Positions 1-10,094 of a stretch of 64,000 nt of DNA are shown here, piece by piece (positions within the stretch are counted from its first letter, which is position 1; each line of letters opens with the position of its first letter). A program made the translations under genes and the position numbers. A model generated the notes under the pieces. It was not told where the DNA came from. It searched no databases and was given only the letters and a program-made list of their open reading frames with translations. Origin of the DNA: Cyanobacteriota bacterium (GTDB taxonomy: Bacteria; Cyanobacteriota; Cyanobacteriia; PCC-6307; Cyanobiaceae); the NCBI GenBank assembly GCA_035285465.1, contig JAYKHC010000012.1, forward strand, positions 21,565 through 85,564, read 5' to 3'.

Positions 1-3000
1 ATCTGCACGGCGAGCCCGTGAAAATAAAGGTAATCGCTGTAGCGGTCGGCCCGGAACAGGTCCAAGGCATAGGTGCTGGCCCGCTCGCCCATGGTGACGG
101 CCTGCATCGGCAGGACATCTGTTGGCCGGCCATGATTGGCATCCCCGGTGAGATCACGGTAGAAATCGGCGATGCAGTAGCGGTTGCCGGCACGCTGGCG
201 GGGTAGCACGAAGCGTCCGAGTTCCGGGCCCGCAGCAGAAGGTTCAGCCCCCGGGGGCATCAGATCCGGATCGAACACCACCACGGAATTGCCATCGCGC
301 CCGCAGGGGAAGTATCCGTAGGCCACCCTCGGGGTGAGCAGGTGTTCATCGCGGCAACGCTGGATCCAGAGCTGAAGGACGGGCTCGGCTCTTTCAGCCA
401 GCATGGCTGAGTACTCCTCTCTGCTCTGAGACTGGGACTTGCGAAGTTGCCACTGGCCTGCGAACAGGGCATTGCGGTCGAGATAGGCGAACACCTCATC
501 AAGATCAATCTCCGACTCGGTGAGCACCATGCTTCCCCAGAACGGGGCTGCCGCTGCGGGCACCTGGGGCACCGCTTCGGAACGATGCTCGTCGGAGGCT
601 GAAGCAGCTGAACGAGCGGTCGGCCCTGAGGAGACCTCATCCGCTGCAGCGCCAACGGATGAATCTCTGTCTTCGCCGTTCTCCCGTACCGGTGGGTCCT
701 CGAGTCCAAGCCCTTCAGGCGCGCCTGAGACGAAGCCGATCTCGTTCTGCCATGTACCGGCATCCCGGGCAGCCACCAGAGCATCCATGAAGCGAAGGTC
801 GGCAAAGGCATCGCGCCCGTAGATCACCTGACCGCGGTAGACCTCACGGCAGTCTTTCTGAACAAATCGCGGCGTCAGAGCGGCCCCGCCGAGAATCACC
901 GGAACATTGATGCCAGCCTCATTGAATGCCTGGAGATTATCTTTCATAAAAGCGGTGGATTTCACCAGCAGGCCACTCATGGCAATGCAATCCGCCTGAT
1001 GTTCATGCTGTGCCTCTATGATAGCCTCAACGGGCTGTTTGATGCCCAGGTTGATAACTTCATAGCCATTGTTTGTGAGGATAATATCAACAAGATTTTT
1101 GCCGATATCATGAACATCACCTTTGACTGTTGCAATCAGAAATTTAGCTTTAGCAGAGCGGGTTCCCTCAGCTTTCTCCATCATGGGCTCGAGAAAAGCC
1201 ACAGCCGCTTTCATCGTTTCTGCACTCTGAAGAACAAATGGCAGTTGCATCTGTCCGGATCCGAACAGATCGCCAACGGTCTTCATGCCATTGAGGAGAT
1301 AGGTGTTGATGATTTCCAGGGGTGGATATGTCTCGAGGGCCTGATTGAGAGCCTCCTCGAGGCCGATCCTCTCACCATCGATGATGTGTTGCTGGAGCCG
1401 CAGTTCTATAGGCAGGTCGGCGAGCGAGGGACCCGATGCCCTTGCTTGCTGGGCGCTGATGCCTTCAAAGAGCCTGGTGAGCTCCGTGAGCGGGTCGTAG
1501 CAGCAGATCCCATTCTCGAAGCGACGCTGATCGCCGATCAGATCGCGGCAGACCTGCTGGTGTTCGGGGCTGATCTTCGCCAGGGGCAGAATCTTGGCCG
1601 GGCTCACAATGGCCGCATCCATGCCAGCCTCACAGCATTCGTGCAGAAAAACGGAGTTCAGCACAATGCGTGCCGCCGCTGTGAGCCCGAAGCTCACGTT
1701 GCTCACACCCAGCACAACGTGGACCCCTGGGAGCTGATCTCGAATCAATCGAATCGCTTCAATTGTTGCCTGTGCATTGAGACGATCTTCTTCGATTCCC
1801 GTTGAAATCGGGAGTGCAAGCGGATCGTAAAAGATCTCATGCGCCGGGATGCCAAATTCGAGCGCATCCCGATAGGCGCGTTGGGCGATGGCGAACTTTC
1901 GTTCGGCTGTGCGAGCCATCCCCTGCTCGTCAATCGTACCGATGACAAGACCAGCGCCATAGTTTCGCGCCAATTCGAGAACCTTGAAAAAGCGTTCGTT
2001 TCCGTCCTCGTAGTTCGTGGAGTTGAGTATGCATTTTCCACCAGCCACCTTGAGCCCTGCTTCCATTTTCTGCCATTCCGTGGAATCCAACATCAGCGGC
2101 AGATTGACATTGGTGACGAGACGACTCACCAGTTCACGCATGTCGCGTTCGCCGTCGCGACCGACGTAATCAACATTGACGTCGAGAATATGGGCATTTT
2201 CCTTGACCTGACCGCGCGCGACAGACACCAGTCCATCCCAATCCTCATCAGCCAGCAGCTCGCGCACTTTTTTGGATCCACTGGCGTTAAGACGTTCGCC
2301 GATGATCAGAAATGAATTATCCTGAAGGTATGGAGTGACCCCATAAATCGAACTGGCGGCGGGCTCGTAGTGCAGAGCCGGCCGGGGATCGTTCAGCCCC
2401 TGATGGGCGACATCCAAGGCTGAAGTCTGATCCGCTCGCACGGGTCGGACGGCGGGCTTCAGTTCTGCTGCCAGCTCGGCCAGGGCAGCGATATGGGCCG
2501 GGGTGGTGCCACAGCAGCCACCGATCACCTGCACGCCAAGATCCTCAACGAAATGCATCAACTGCATCTTCATCTCCAGGGGGGTCAACCTGTAGTGAGC
2601 GACGCCGCCGATATTTTCAGGAAGACCTGCATTCGGGATGCAGCTGATCACGAAAGGACTGTGTTCGCTGAGATAGCGAATGTGCTCCTTCATCTGCTCC
2701 GGTCCTGTGGCGCAGTTGAGGCCGAGCACATCGATCCGGAAGGGCTCCAGGATGGCCACAACGGCGGCGATATCAGATCCCACCAGCATCGTGCCGGTGG
2801 TCTCCATGGTGACACTCACCATCAGGGGTCTGCGCTCGCCGGCAGCGGCGAAGGCCTCTTCGATGCCCAGCAGAGCCGCCTTGATCTGCAGAACGTCCTG
2901 GCAGGTTTCAACGATGAACAGATCGACATCGCCAGCCAGAAGCCCGGCGGCCTGCTCTCGAAACGATTCTTTCATCGAATCGAAATCGATGTGCCCCAGG

Positions 3001-3431
3001 GTAGGGAGCTTTGTGGTCGGTCCCATCGACCCGGCGACGAACCGTGGCTTACGTTCGGAGCTGTAAGCATCAGCCATTTCCCGGGCCAGCTCTGCAGCCC
3101 GTTTGTTGATCGCATAGGCCTGATCCTGGAGGTCATATTCCGCCAGGACAATCGACGCAGCTCCGAAAGTGTCGGTCTCGATCACATCACAACCCGCCTC
3201 CAGGAACTGCCGATGGACGGCCTGAACGGCGTCGGGGCGGCTGAACACCAGTTGCTCGTTGCAGCCTTCCAGGGCCGCCCCTCCGAAATCCGCGGCCGTC
3301 AGGTTCATCTGCTGCAGAGAGGTGCCGGTTGCCCCGTCGAAGACAAGAACGGGGCGTTCCGCCGAATGCAGGCGCTCAAGAAAGCCACATCGCGCTGTGA
3401 CAGACGGTTGCATCAGGTCGCTGGTCACCAT
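1..3431 (-). CDS. metH: Cobalamin-dependent methionine synthase MetH (3' end cut by the window edge)
   Basis: Absent from the ORF track because it runs off the left edge. Reverse-strand reading from ATG 3431 (GTG 3434 is also in frame) gives [10 protein letters not shown]...[20 protein letters not shown], the homocysteine-binding module. The B12-binding signature [29 protein letters not shown] is encoded at about 1044-1130. The AdoMet-activation module follows ([36 protein letters not shown] ... [10 protein letters not shown] at position 1). An acidic/Ser-rich linker is encoded at about 540-760. Confidence 0.9.
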   Translation of the reverse strand, partial: MVTSDLMQPSVTARCGFLERLHSAERPVLVFDGATGTSLQQMNLTAADFGGAALEGCNEQLVFSRPDAVQAVHRQFLEAGCDVIETDTFGAASIVLAEYDLQDQAYAINKRAAELAREMADAYSSERKPRFVAGSMGPTTKLPTLGHIDFDSMKESFREQAAGLLAGDVDLFIVETCQDVLQIKAALLGIEEAFAAAGERRPLMVSVTMETTGTMLVGSDIAAVVAILEPFRIDVLGLNCATGPEQMKEHIRYLSEHSPFVISCIPNAGLPENIGGVAHYRLTPLEMKMQLMHFVEDLGVQVIGGCCGTTPAHIAALAELAAELKPAVRPVRADQTSALDVAHQGLNDPRPALHYEPAASSIYGVTPYLQDNSFLIIGERLNASGSKKVRELLADEDWDGLVSVARGQVKENAHILDVNVDYVGRDGERDMRELVSRLVTNVNLPLMLDSTEWQKMEAGLKVAGGKCILNSTNYEDGNERFFKVLELARNYGAGLVIGTIDEQGMARTAERKFAIAQRAYRDALEFGIPAHEIFYDPLALPISTGIEEDRLNAQATIEAIRLIRDQLPGVHVVLGVSNVSFGLTAAARIVLNSVFLHECCEAGMDAAIVSPAKILPLAKISPEHQQVCRDLIGDQRRFENGICCYDPLTELTRLFEGISAQQARASGPSLADLPIELRLQQHIIDGERIGLEEALNQALETYPPLEIINTYLLNGMKTVGDLFGSGQMQLPFVLQSAETMKAAVAFLEPMMEKAEGTRSAKAKFLIATVKGDVHDIGKNLVDIILTNNGYEVINLGIKQPVEAIIEAQHEHQADCIAMSGLLVKSTAFMKDNLQAFNEAGINVPVILGGAALTPRFVQKDCREVYRGQVIYGRDAFADLRFMDALVAARDAGTWQNEIGFVSGAPEGLGLEDPPVRENGEDRDSSVGAAADEVSSGPTARSAASASDEHRSEAVPQVPAAAAPFWGSMVLTESEIDLDEVFAYLDRNALFAGQWQLRKSQSQSREEYSAMLAERAEPVLQLWIQRCRDEHLLTPRVAYGYFPCGRDGNSVVVFDPDLMPPGAEPSAAGPELGRFVLPRQRAGNRYCIADFYRDLTGDANHGRPTDVLPMQAVTMGERASTYALDLFRADRYSDYLYFHGLAVQ

Positions 3432-3436
3432 CACGG

Positions 3437-4354
3437 TCAAGCGTCCAGTCGAACGCGGGTCACCCAGTGTTCATAGGCGGGATCGCGACCTTCTGTGATT
3501 GCGGTGAGACGCTCTCGGATTCGGCTCATCACCGGGCGGTGGCTGCTCAGATCGGTGGATTCCACCCGCCGCACAGGGGTGACCTTGGCGGCCGTGCCAC
3601 TCAGGAAGACCTCATCGGCGACGAACAGCTCGCTCTTGTCGACCGGCCTTTCCACAACCGGGATTCCGAGCTCCCGGGCCAGCTCCATCACGCTGGCCCG
3701 GGTGATGCCCTCAAGGATGTCCTGGTCCACCCCTGGAGTGATCAACACTCCTTCTCTGACGATAAACAGGTTCATGCCGCTGGCTTCGCTGACCTTGCCT
3801 CTGCTGTTCATCAGCAAGGCCTCATCAAAGCCGCTCTTCACAGCTTCGGTCTTAGCCAGTGAGCTCGTGATGTAAGCGCCGCTGATCTTCCCGCGCAGCG
3901 GCAGAGATCGGTCTTCCTGACGCGTCCAGGAACTGATCCGGCAGGACACCCCATCCGGTGACAGATAATCGCCCAGCTCCAACCCATAGACCAGGAAATC
4001 GGTTTCGATGTTGTGGAGCCTGGGGGCGATTCCCAGGTCGCTTGTGTACACGAACGGACGCAGGTACACCGGTCTGGTCGGCCGGTTCTTGCGCAGCAGA
4101 GTGCTGATCGCCAGGTGGATGGTCTCCTCGCTGAGCTCGGTCAGCAGCAGACGGGCGCTCTGACTCAGCCGGCGAGCATGTCGATCAGCCCGGAACAGCA
4201 GGATCTCATCCGGGTCCACCGGGTTGGGCAGGGCTCTCATTCCTCCGAAAGCTCCGGTGCCGTAGTGGAGAGCATGAGTGGCCACCGACAGGGTGGCCTG
4301 CTCGAACGGTACGCATTCGCCCCGATACCAGGCATAGGGAAGGAACTGATGCAT
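3437..4354 (-). CDS. ilvE: Branched-chain amino acid aminotransferase
   Basis: 305-aa [44 protein letters not shown] and the later [13 protein letters not shown] region fit the fold-type IV aminotransferase IlvE. Its stop lies 5 nt upstream of the metH start, suggesting one operon. Confidence 0.88.
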   Translation of the reverse strand: MHQFLPYAWYRGECVPFEQATLSVATHALHYGTGAFGGMRALPNPVDPDEILLFRADRHARRLSQSARLLLTELSEETIHLAISTLLRKNRPTRPVYLRPFVYTSDLGIAPRLHNIETDFLVYGLELGDYLSPDGVSCRISSWTRQEDRSLPLRGKISGAYITSSLAKTEAVKSGFDEALLMNSRGKVSEASGMNLFIVREGVLITPGVDQDILEGITRASVMELARELGIPVVERPVDKSELFVADEVFLSGTAAKVTPVRRVESTDLSSHRPVMSRIRERLTAITEGRDPAYEHWVTRVRLDA

Positions 4355-4413
4355 GGCGGGCGTCTCAGGCGGCTCTACCGGAAGGCCCCGATCTTCTCAC
4401 CAGAGCCATCAGG

Positions 4414-7400
4414 ATGGGGGCCATGCACAGGCTCGCTGCGATACCGGGATCACCCAACGACCCCTCCTCCTTCGTGGAGCAACCCCCGGCTCCTGTGCTG
4501 TTCCTCAGCAGTGCCGACACCGATCTGCTGAGCCTTGATCGCTTGTTGAGCCGGGAGCCGGATCTGCTCGGCTGTGAGCTTCGGGCTCTCAACCTCGCTG
4601 CTCTGGCAGAGCCTGCTGTCGTGGATCACTACCTGGCCACCACCGCACGCCAGGCCCGTCTGATCGCCATCCGGCTTCTGGGGGGCCGTGGCCACTGGAG
4701 TTACGGGCTCGAAGCCGTCCAGCGCTGGCTGCAGGCCACACCCGGCGCGCAGGGGAAACGAACGTTGCTGGTGCTGGCCGGTACCGAGGACGAGGATCAC
4801 GCCCTGGCCGGGCTCGGCAATGCCGATCCGGAGCTCACCATCCGCCTGGCCGGCTGTCTCCGCCAGGGTGGGGAGACGAATCTGAAGCGTGTGCTCGGCT
4901 GTTTCCGGGCTCTCATCGAAGGAGAAGAGGTCACCCCACCCACGCCACAGCCCCTCGGCGACCCCTTCCCCTGGGACTGGCGTGAGGAACCGGGACCCCG
5001 GGTTGGATTGATTCTCTACCGGGCTCTGTTTCAGGCTGGCGACCTCACCCTGATGGAGGCCGGTCTCCAAGCCCTCAGAGATTGGGGACTGGCGCCGCGG
5101 GCCCTCTGGGTGAGCGGCCTCAGGGATCCCGGTGTGCAGCGAGGGGTCTGTGATCTGCTCGGTCGTGAAAGCGTTGAGCTGGTGCTCTGCTGCACAGCCT
5201 TCGCCTCCGTGCAGTTCGCGGAGGCCGGGCTGGGCTCACCACTGTGGGAGCGGCTGGGCGTTCCCGTTCTGCAGGTGCTCACCAGTGGCCGCTCCCGACA
5301 GAGCTGGGCCCTCAGCAGCATCGGGCTGGGACCGACGGAACTTGCGCTTCAGGTTGCCCTGCCTGAGCTCGATGGCCGGCTCACCACGCGGATCGCCGCC
5401 TTCAAGGAGATTCAGAACAGCAGCGAGCTTCTTGCATCAGCCCTGCCACGCCATGAGCCGGATGTCGAGAGATGGAACTGGATCGCACAACTGGCTGCGC
5501 GCTGGATCCGACTCCGACAGACCCCGGCCGGTCAACGGCGGGTGGCTCTGGTTCTTGCCAACTATCCCAACCGAAACAGCCGGGTCGCCAATGGGGTCGG
5601 ACTGGATACTCCGGCATCCGTGGCCTCGATGTTGGCCTGGCTCAGAGACGAGGGTTATGTCATGTCGGATGAGCTGCCGGTCGATGGCCATGCCTTGATC
5701 GAACGGCTTCTGTCCGTGCGTTCCAATGATCCCGAGAGCGGCCATCGCCGACCTCTCGACCACCTCAACATCACCGATTACCAGCAGTGGTACGGAACCC
5801 TTCCCTGGGAGGGGCGCCAGCGGCTGGAGAGCGTCTGGGGGTCACCGCAGCAGGATCCCGCTCTGGAGCTCACGGCCATGGGGTCGCCAGGGTTCCCGAT
5901 CCGTGGACTGAGGTTCGGATCCGTGGCGGTTCTGCTGCAGCCCGAGCGGGGTTACGACCGTGATCCCAGCCTGAACTACCACTCACCGGATCTGCCACCC
6001 ACCCACGCTTACCTCGCCCAGTACCTCTGGATTCGAACGTCGTTCGATGCCCATGCCCTGGTTCATGTGGGCAAGCACGGGAACCTGGAGTGGCTCCCCG
6101 GCAAGGCCCTGGGGCTCTCAGACTGCTGTTATCCGGAATGGGCGCTCGGGCCTGTTCCCCATCTCTATCCGTTCATCGTCAATGATCCAGGCGAGGGCAG
6201 TCAGGCCAAGCGCCGCTGCCACGCGGTCATTCTTGACCATCTGACGCCACCTCTCGGTCGCGCAGGACTCCACGGGGAGTTGCTCGAACTGGAGAGCCTC
6301 CTTGATGAGTACTGGGAGGCCGTACAGCTCGGCGCAGAGCGTGCCGAGCTGCTGCGGGAGCGGTTGGAAAGCTCTCTGGCGGTCCTCAACCTTCCTGATG
6401 GACTGGATGAGTCGGAGCTGGAGAGGCGACTGGAAGCCGCGGACGGCTACCTCTGTGAACTGAAGGAAGCCCAGATCCGCCTCGGTCTGCATGTCTATGG
6501 CCAGCTCCCGACAACCTCGCTGCTGGCGGAACTGTTGTTGAGCCTGGCCCGTGCCCCGCGGAACGATCAGGCCGGACTCACGCAGGCGATCGCCACGGAT
6601 CTGGGCCTGATTCTCGATCCCTGGAGTGACCCGGAGGACGGCTTGCTTCAGCCGGCCGATCGCGATCAGCTTGCAGCCCTGGCCAGGGACCGCGCGATCC
6701 GGCGGGTCGGTGATGGGGTGGCGGTGCTGGAAGACCTGGCGGGGAATCTGGTGACCACACTCCTGAGCGGCGGTGACATCACAGCGCTCCCGGGGGAGGC
6801 CACAGCCGTTGCCCTGCAGAACCTTGAGAAGGATCTGCTCCCGCGGCTTCTGAAGTGTGCAGAGGCGGAACGCTCCGCATTCCTGCGCGCGCTGGCCGGT
6901 GAGCGGATTGAGGCAGGACCCTCGGGAGCACCCACCCGTGGACGGCCGGATGTGCTGCCGACAGGACGCAATTTCTACAGCGTGGACCTGCGCGGACTGC
7001 CCACGGAAGCAGCCTGGGATCTGGGACGCCGCAGCGCAGAGCTGCTTCTGGAACTGCATCTGCAGGATGAGGGAGAACATCTCCGGCGCATGGCTCTGAG
7101 CGTCTGGGGGACAGCCACCATGCGAAACGGTGGGGAAGACATCGCTCAGGCCCTGGCCCTGATGGGTGTTCGGCCGGTCTGGGACGGCCCCACCCGCCGA
7201 CTTGTGGATCTTGAGGTGATGCCCGGATCCGTGCTCAACCGACCTCGGGTGGATGTCACGCTGCGCATCTCCGGTCTGTTTCGTGACGCCTTTCCACAGT
7301 TGGTCGGCTGGTTCAACCGGGCCTGTCAGCTGGTGGGGGCACTTCAGGAATCACCCCAGTTCAACCCTCTGGCGGAATCAGCCAGGCTGGAAGGCCACAC

Positions 7401-8145
7401 CCATCGGGTCTACGGATCGGCGCCCGGTGCCTACGGCGCAGGACTCCAGGGCCTGATCGACAGTGGTCAGTGGGAGTCTCGTGCCGACCTCGGTGAGGCC
7501 TTCCTGGCCTGGAGTGCCTGGCGTTACGACGGTGGAGGTGAAGGATCGGGATGCGCTCCGATCGAAGCCGAGCACGATCGCTCCGGATTGGAGCAGCGCC
7601 TTCGAGCGGTGCAACTCGTGCTGCATAACCAGGACAATCGTGAACACGACCTGCTCGATTCAGACGATTACTATCAATTCCACGGAGGACTCAGCGCAGC
7701 GGTGCAGTCTCTCAGGGGACAACAACCAGCGATGTGGTTTGGCGATCATTCACGTCACAGCCGGCCCAGGCTTCATCGTGTGGAGCGTGAATTCGACAAG
7801 GTTCTGCGTTCCCGGATGCTCAATCCACGCTGGATCAATGCGATGAAAGGCCACGGCTACAAAGGGGGATTCGAAATGGCGGCCAGCATGGATTATCTGT
7901 TTGCCTACGACGCCAGCACTGGGCGGATACCCGACTGGAGTTACGGAAAACTCTTCGAACAGTGGCTCAAGGATCTGGAAGTAAGAAGCTTTCTCCAAAG
8001 AGAAAATCCCTGGGCGTTGCGTGATATCGCAGAACGTCTGTTGGAGGCTCATCACCGTGGGTTGTGGTGTGAGGCCCCCGAAGATCACCTGAAAGAGCTC
8101 AGGGAACTTGTCCTGGATAGCGAAGCTCAGATCGAAATGCATTGA
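4414..8145 (+). CDS. cobN: Cobaltochelatase subunit CobN
   Basis: 1243-aa ORF with CobN/Mg-chelatase-H family blocks (HVGKHGNLEWLPGK, FIVNDPGEGSQAKRR, PTGRNFYSVD). The length fits CobN better than the roughly 1330-aa ChlH. ATG 4423 is an alternative start. Confidence 0.88.
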   Translation: MGAMHRLAAIPGSPNDPSSFVEQPPAPVLFLSSADTDLLSLDRLLSREPDLLGCELRALNLAALAEPAVVDHYLATTARQARLIAIRLLGGRGHWSYGLEAVQRWLQATPGAQGKRTLLVLAGTEDEDHALAGLGNADPELTIRLAGCLRQGGETNLKRVLGCFRALIEGEEVTPPTPQPLGDPFPWDWREEPGPRVGLILYRALFQAGDLTLMEAGLQALRDWGLAPRALWVSGLRDPGVQRGVCDLLGRESVELVLCCTAFASVQFAEAGLGSPLWERLGVPVLQVLTSGRSRQSWALSSIGLGPTELALQVALPELDGRLTTRIAAFKEIQNSSELLASALPRHEPDVERWNWIAQLAARWIRLRQTPAGQRRVALVLANYPNRNSRVANGVGLDTPASVASMLAWLRDEGYVMSDELPVDGHALIERLLSVRSNDPESGHRRPLDHLNITDYQQWYGTLPWEGRQRLESVWGSPQQDPALELTAMGSPGFPIRGLRFGSVAVLLQPERGYDRDPSLNYHSPDLPPTHAYLAQYLWIRTSFDAHALVHVGKHGNLEWLPGKALGLSDCCYPEWALGPVPHLYPFIVNDPGEGSQAKRRCHAVILDHLTPPLGRAGLHGELLELESLLDEYWEAVQLGAERAELLRERLESSLAVLNLPDGLDESELERRLEAADGYLCELKEAQIRLGLHVYGQLPTTSLLAELLLSLARAPRNDQAGLTQAIATDLGLILDPWSDPEDGLLQPADRDQLAALARDRAIRRVGDGVAVLEDLAGNLVTTLLSGGDITALPGEATAVALQNLEKDLLPRLLKCAEAERSAFLRALAGERIEAGPSGAPTRGRPDVLPTGRNFYSVDLRGLPTEAAWDLGRRSAELLLELHLQDEGEHLRRMALSVWGTATMRNGGEDIAQALALMGVRPVWDGPTRRLVDLEVMPGSVLNRPRVDVTLRISGLFRDAFPQLVGWFNRACQLVGALQESPQFNPLAESARLEGHTHRVYGSAPGAYGAGLQGLIDSGQWESRADLGEAFLAWSAWRYDGGGEGSGCAPIEAEHDRSGLEQRLRAVQLVLHNQDNREHDLLDSDDYYQFHGGLSAAVQSLRGQQPAMWFGDHSRHSRPRLHRVEREFDKVLRSRMLNPRWINAMKGHGYKGGFEMAASMDYLFAYDASTGRIPDWSYGKLFEQWLKDLEVRSFLQRENPWALRDIAERLLEAHHRGLWCEAPEDHLKELRELVLDSEAQIEMH

Positions 8146-8198
8146 TGGAGAATCAGTTGCATCCCAGATGAGGATCCTGGACCCTCCTGAAGAGCTTT

Positions 8199-8732
8199 TC
8201 AGGAATTGAGATCCTTCACCATCTGCTTGAACGGATCGATGGAACCTGGCTTGGAGGCGTTCTGCTGAGAGATCTGGGGCTGAGAACCATCCGAAACCAA
8301 CGTTCTTCGCGCTGGGGTGGACGCTGAGGGGCTGTTCACGGCTACGGCAGAACCCCTCTTGCGCTGTTCGAGTTCGCTGGCAGACATCGGCTGGGCGAAG
8401 GTTTTCTTGACAGGCTTGGGCACCCCCGTATTGAGAGTCGGCTCCACGGCTTTGGGTTCATTGCCGCCGAGACCGGGGGTCGCCTGCTTCAGTTCAGCTT
8501 CCATCGACGCCACTTCCTCAACCAGTTCCTTGTTTCCGGGGCTGCTTGCGGTGCCGGGGAAGGTGTGGCGGATCGTGTTGGAGCGACGCATGAAGGAAAC
8601 GTCGCCGAGGCTGCTGGCCGCATCCGGTTCCAGGTAGAAGGTTTCCACCTCCTTGGGTGCTTTCGGCTTTTTCTCCGACCTGGGAGCGCTCGGGTTGGAA
8701 CCGGTGCCGAGCAGTCGATCGAACAGACCCAT
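8199..8732 (-). CDS. Hypothetical protein (S/P/K-rich, no recognisable domain)
   Basis: The track ORF is 8199-8804. I prefer the internal ATG at 8732 (MGLFDRLLGTGSNPS...) because the longer form would overlap the upstream PHP gene by 43 nt. GC-rich third positions support coding. Confidence 0.5.
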   Translation of the reverse strand: MGLFDRLLGTGSNPSAPRSEKKPKAPKEVETFYLEPDAASSLGDVSFMRRSNTIRHTFPGTASSPGNKELVEEVASMEAELKQATPGLGGNEPKAVEPTLNTGVPKPVKKTFAQPMSASELEQRKRGSAVAVNSPSASTPARRTLVSDGSQPQISQQNASKPGSIDPFKQMVKDLNS

Positions 8733-8761
8733 CGAAGGCATCAGGGACGTGCCGTCAAACA

Positions 8762-9427
8762 CTAGCGGCTGCTGAGGGCAGAGCCGTGGGTATCCGTACC
8801 GCAACTCAACAGGAGTCCGCGGGCCAGGAGCTCGGAGGCGATGGATTCACACAACGGGTACGACGGTTTCCAGCGAATCTTCATCTCATAGTCATACCAG
8901 GCCTCTCCACCATCGAACCCCATCTCGGCTGCAGCTCTGATCAATCGGGAAAAGGGAAGCCGGTAGCGTCCTGGATGGGCCAGGAGGGCGAGTCCCCCGG
9001 CTGCATGGATCGCTGAAACGACGGCATCGGCTCTGAGCGCATGTCCGACCTGGGCTCGGCCCCTGAGGTACGGATCCAGGCTCCAGTGATCGTCTTCAAA
9101 GCCCAGGGCAAGAACATGAACAAGACAGCCCTCGAGCACACAGCTGATCTCGACGCCTCTCCAGAACGTGGGTGTCTCGATCCCTTCGGCTCTGAGCTGA
9201 TGGAAGCGCTCTGCAATGGGTTTGTAGGCCTCAAGGCTGTGATGGTCTGTCACGGCCAGGTGCTTCAGGCCCAGCTCGAGGGCCTGCTCGGCAAGCTGAA
9301 GAGGCGTCAATGAACCATCCGAGCAGTCGGTGTGGCAGTGAAAGTTGAAGCGTCCCGGGCAACTGCCCGGATTCACATGACGCAAAACCTCAGCCAGTGG
9401 GTGATTGTGCCGATTCAACGTTGTCAT
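8762..9427 (-). CDS. PHP-domain metal-dependent phosphoesterase (TrpH/YciV-like)
   Basis: 221 aa. NFHCHTDCSDGSL and LAVTDHHS are the PHP-domain His/Asp metal-ligand motifs. The start overlaps the hemJ stop (ATGA). Confidence 0.8.
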   Translation of the reverse strand: MTTLNRHNHPLAEVLRHVNPGSCPGRFNFHCHTDCSDGSLTPLQLAEQALELGLKHLAVTDHHSLEAYKPIAERFHQLRAEGIETPTFWRGVEISCVLEGCLVHVLALGFEDDHWSLDPYLRGRAQVGHALRADAVVSAIHAAGGLALLAHPGRYRLPFSRLIRAAAEMGFDGGEAWYDYEMKIRWKPSYPLCESIASELLARGLLLSCGTDTHGSALSSR

Positions 9428-10023
9428 CCGGGCTGTGCCTCTGCCTTCAGGCGTTCGCTGCGGAGCCGCCGCCAGCGTGCGTAGAACTGAATCGATGCCG
9501 CCATCAGAACCACCAGAGCCACCAGAAACCAGGTAGCGGCTCGGGTAGGGAAGTCATTCTTGAAGACGACCAGCATCACAGCGCCCACCAGCAGGAGGGT
9601 GGGGAGTTCGTTGAGAGCCCTGAGCCGGCCCGGGCTCCACGGACATCGAGCCGCCTGAAGGTCGGCCATCAGTCGGTAGCAGTAGCCGTGATAAAGGACA
9701 ACGGCCAACACAACGGCAAGCTTGGCGTGCATCCAGCCCTGTCTGATCCAGAGCGGGTTCAGCAGGAGCAGGCCTGCTGCGCAGCCCAGTGCCACCACCA
9801 TTCCCGGGGTGGCGATGATGTTCATCAGACGACGTTCCATCAACGCGTACTGAGCCTGAAAAGCCTCGCGGAGAGGAGCTTCGAGCGAATCAGCCTCGCG
9901 GTGATAGATGAAAAGGCGCACCAGATAGAAGAGTCCGGCGAACCACACGACCACTCCCACGATGTGGAGGGTCTTGAGCCAGAGATAGGCCTCCGGGGGC
10001 AGGCTGGCAGCCAACTGGAGCAC
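9424..10023 (-). CDS. hemJ: Protoporphyrinogen IX oxidase HemJ (UPF0093 membrane protein)
   Basis: 199 aa, multi-TM. LKTLHIVGVVVWFAGLFYLVRLFIYHREA, NIIATPGMVV and ALNELPTLLLVGAVMLVVFKNDFP closely follow my recollection of Synechocystis Slr1790 (HemJ). Confidence 0.85.
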   Translation of the reverse strand: MLQLAASLPPEAYLWLKTLHIVGVVVWFAGLFYLVRLFIYHREADSLEAPLREAFQAQYALMERRLMNIIATPGMVVALGCAAGLLLLNPLWIRQGWMHAKLAVVLAVVLYHGYCYRLMADLQAARCPWSPGRLRALNELPTLLLVGAVMLVVFKNDFPTRAATWFLVALVVLMAASIQFYARWRRLRSERLKAEAQPG

Positions 10024-10094
10024 AGAGCCGATCGAGCTGTTCCGTCCAAGGTAAGGGCGAAGGCCGGCTGGTCAATCCCTCCGGATCAGGGCCA

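Noticed and set aside
999-3476. Several + strand ORFs (999-1805, 1839-2315, 2493-3476, 2680-3066) offered by the track where no minus-strand ORF is listed.
   Set aside because: The true gene is metH on the minus strand. It is missing from the track only because it runs off the window edge. The + strand ORFs have no motifs, and the minus strand encodes the B12-binding signature and all the MetH modules.
4355-4413. A possible cobalamin riboswitch between ilvE/metH and cobN.
   Set aside because: The spacer is only 59 nt, far too short for the roughly 200-nt B12 element. No B12-box-like sequence is visible.
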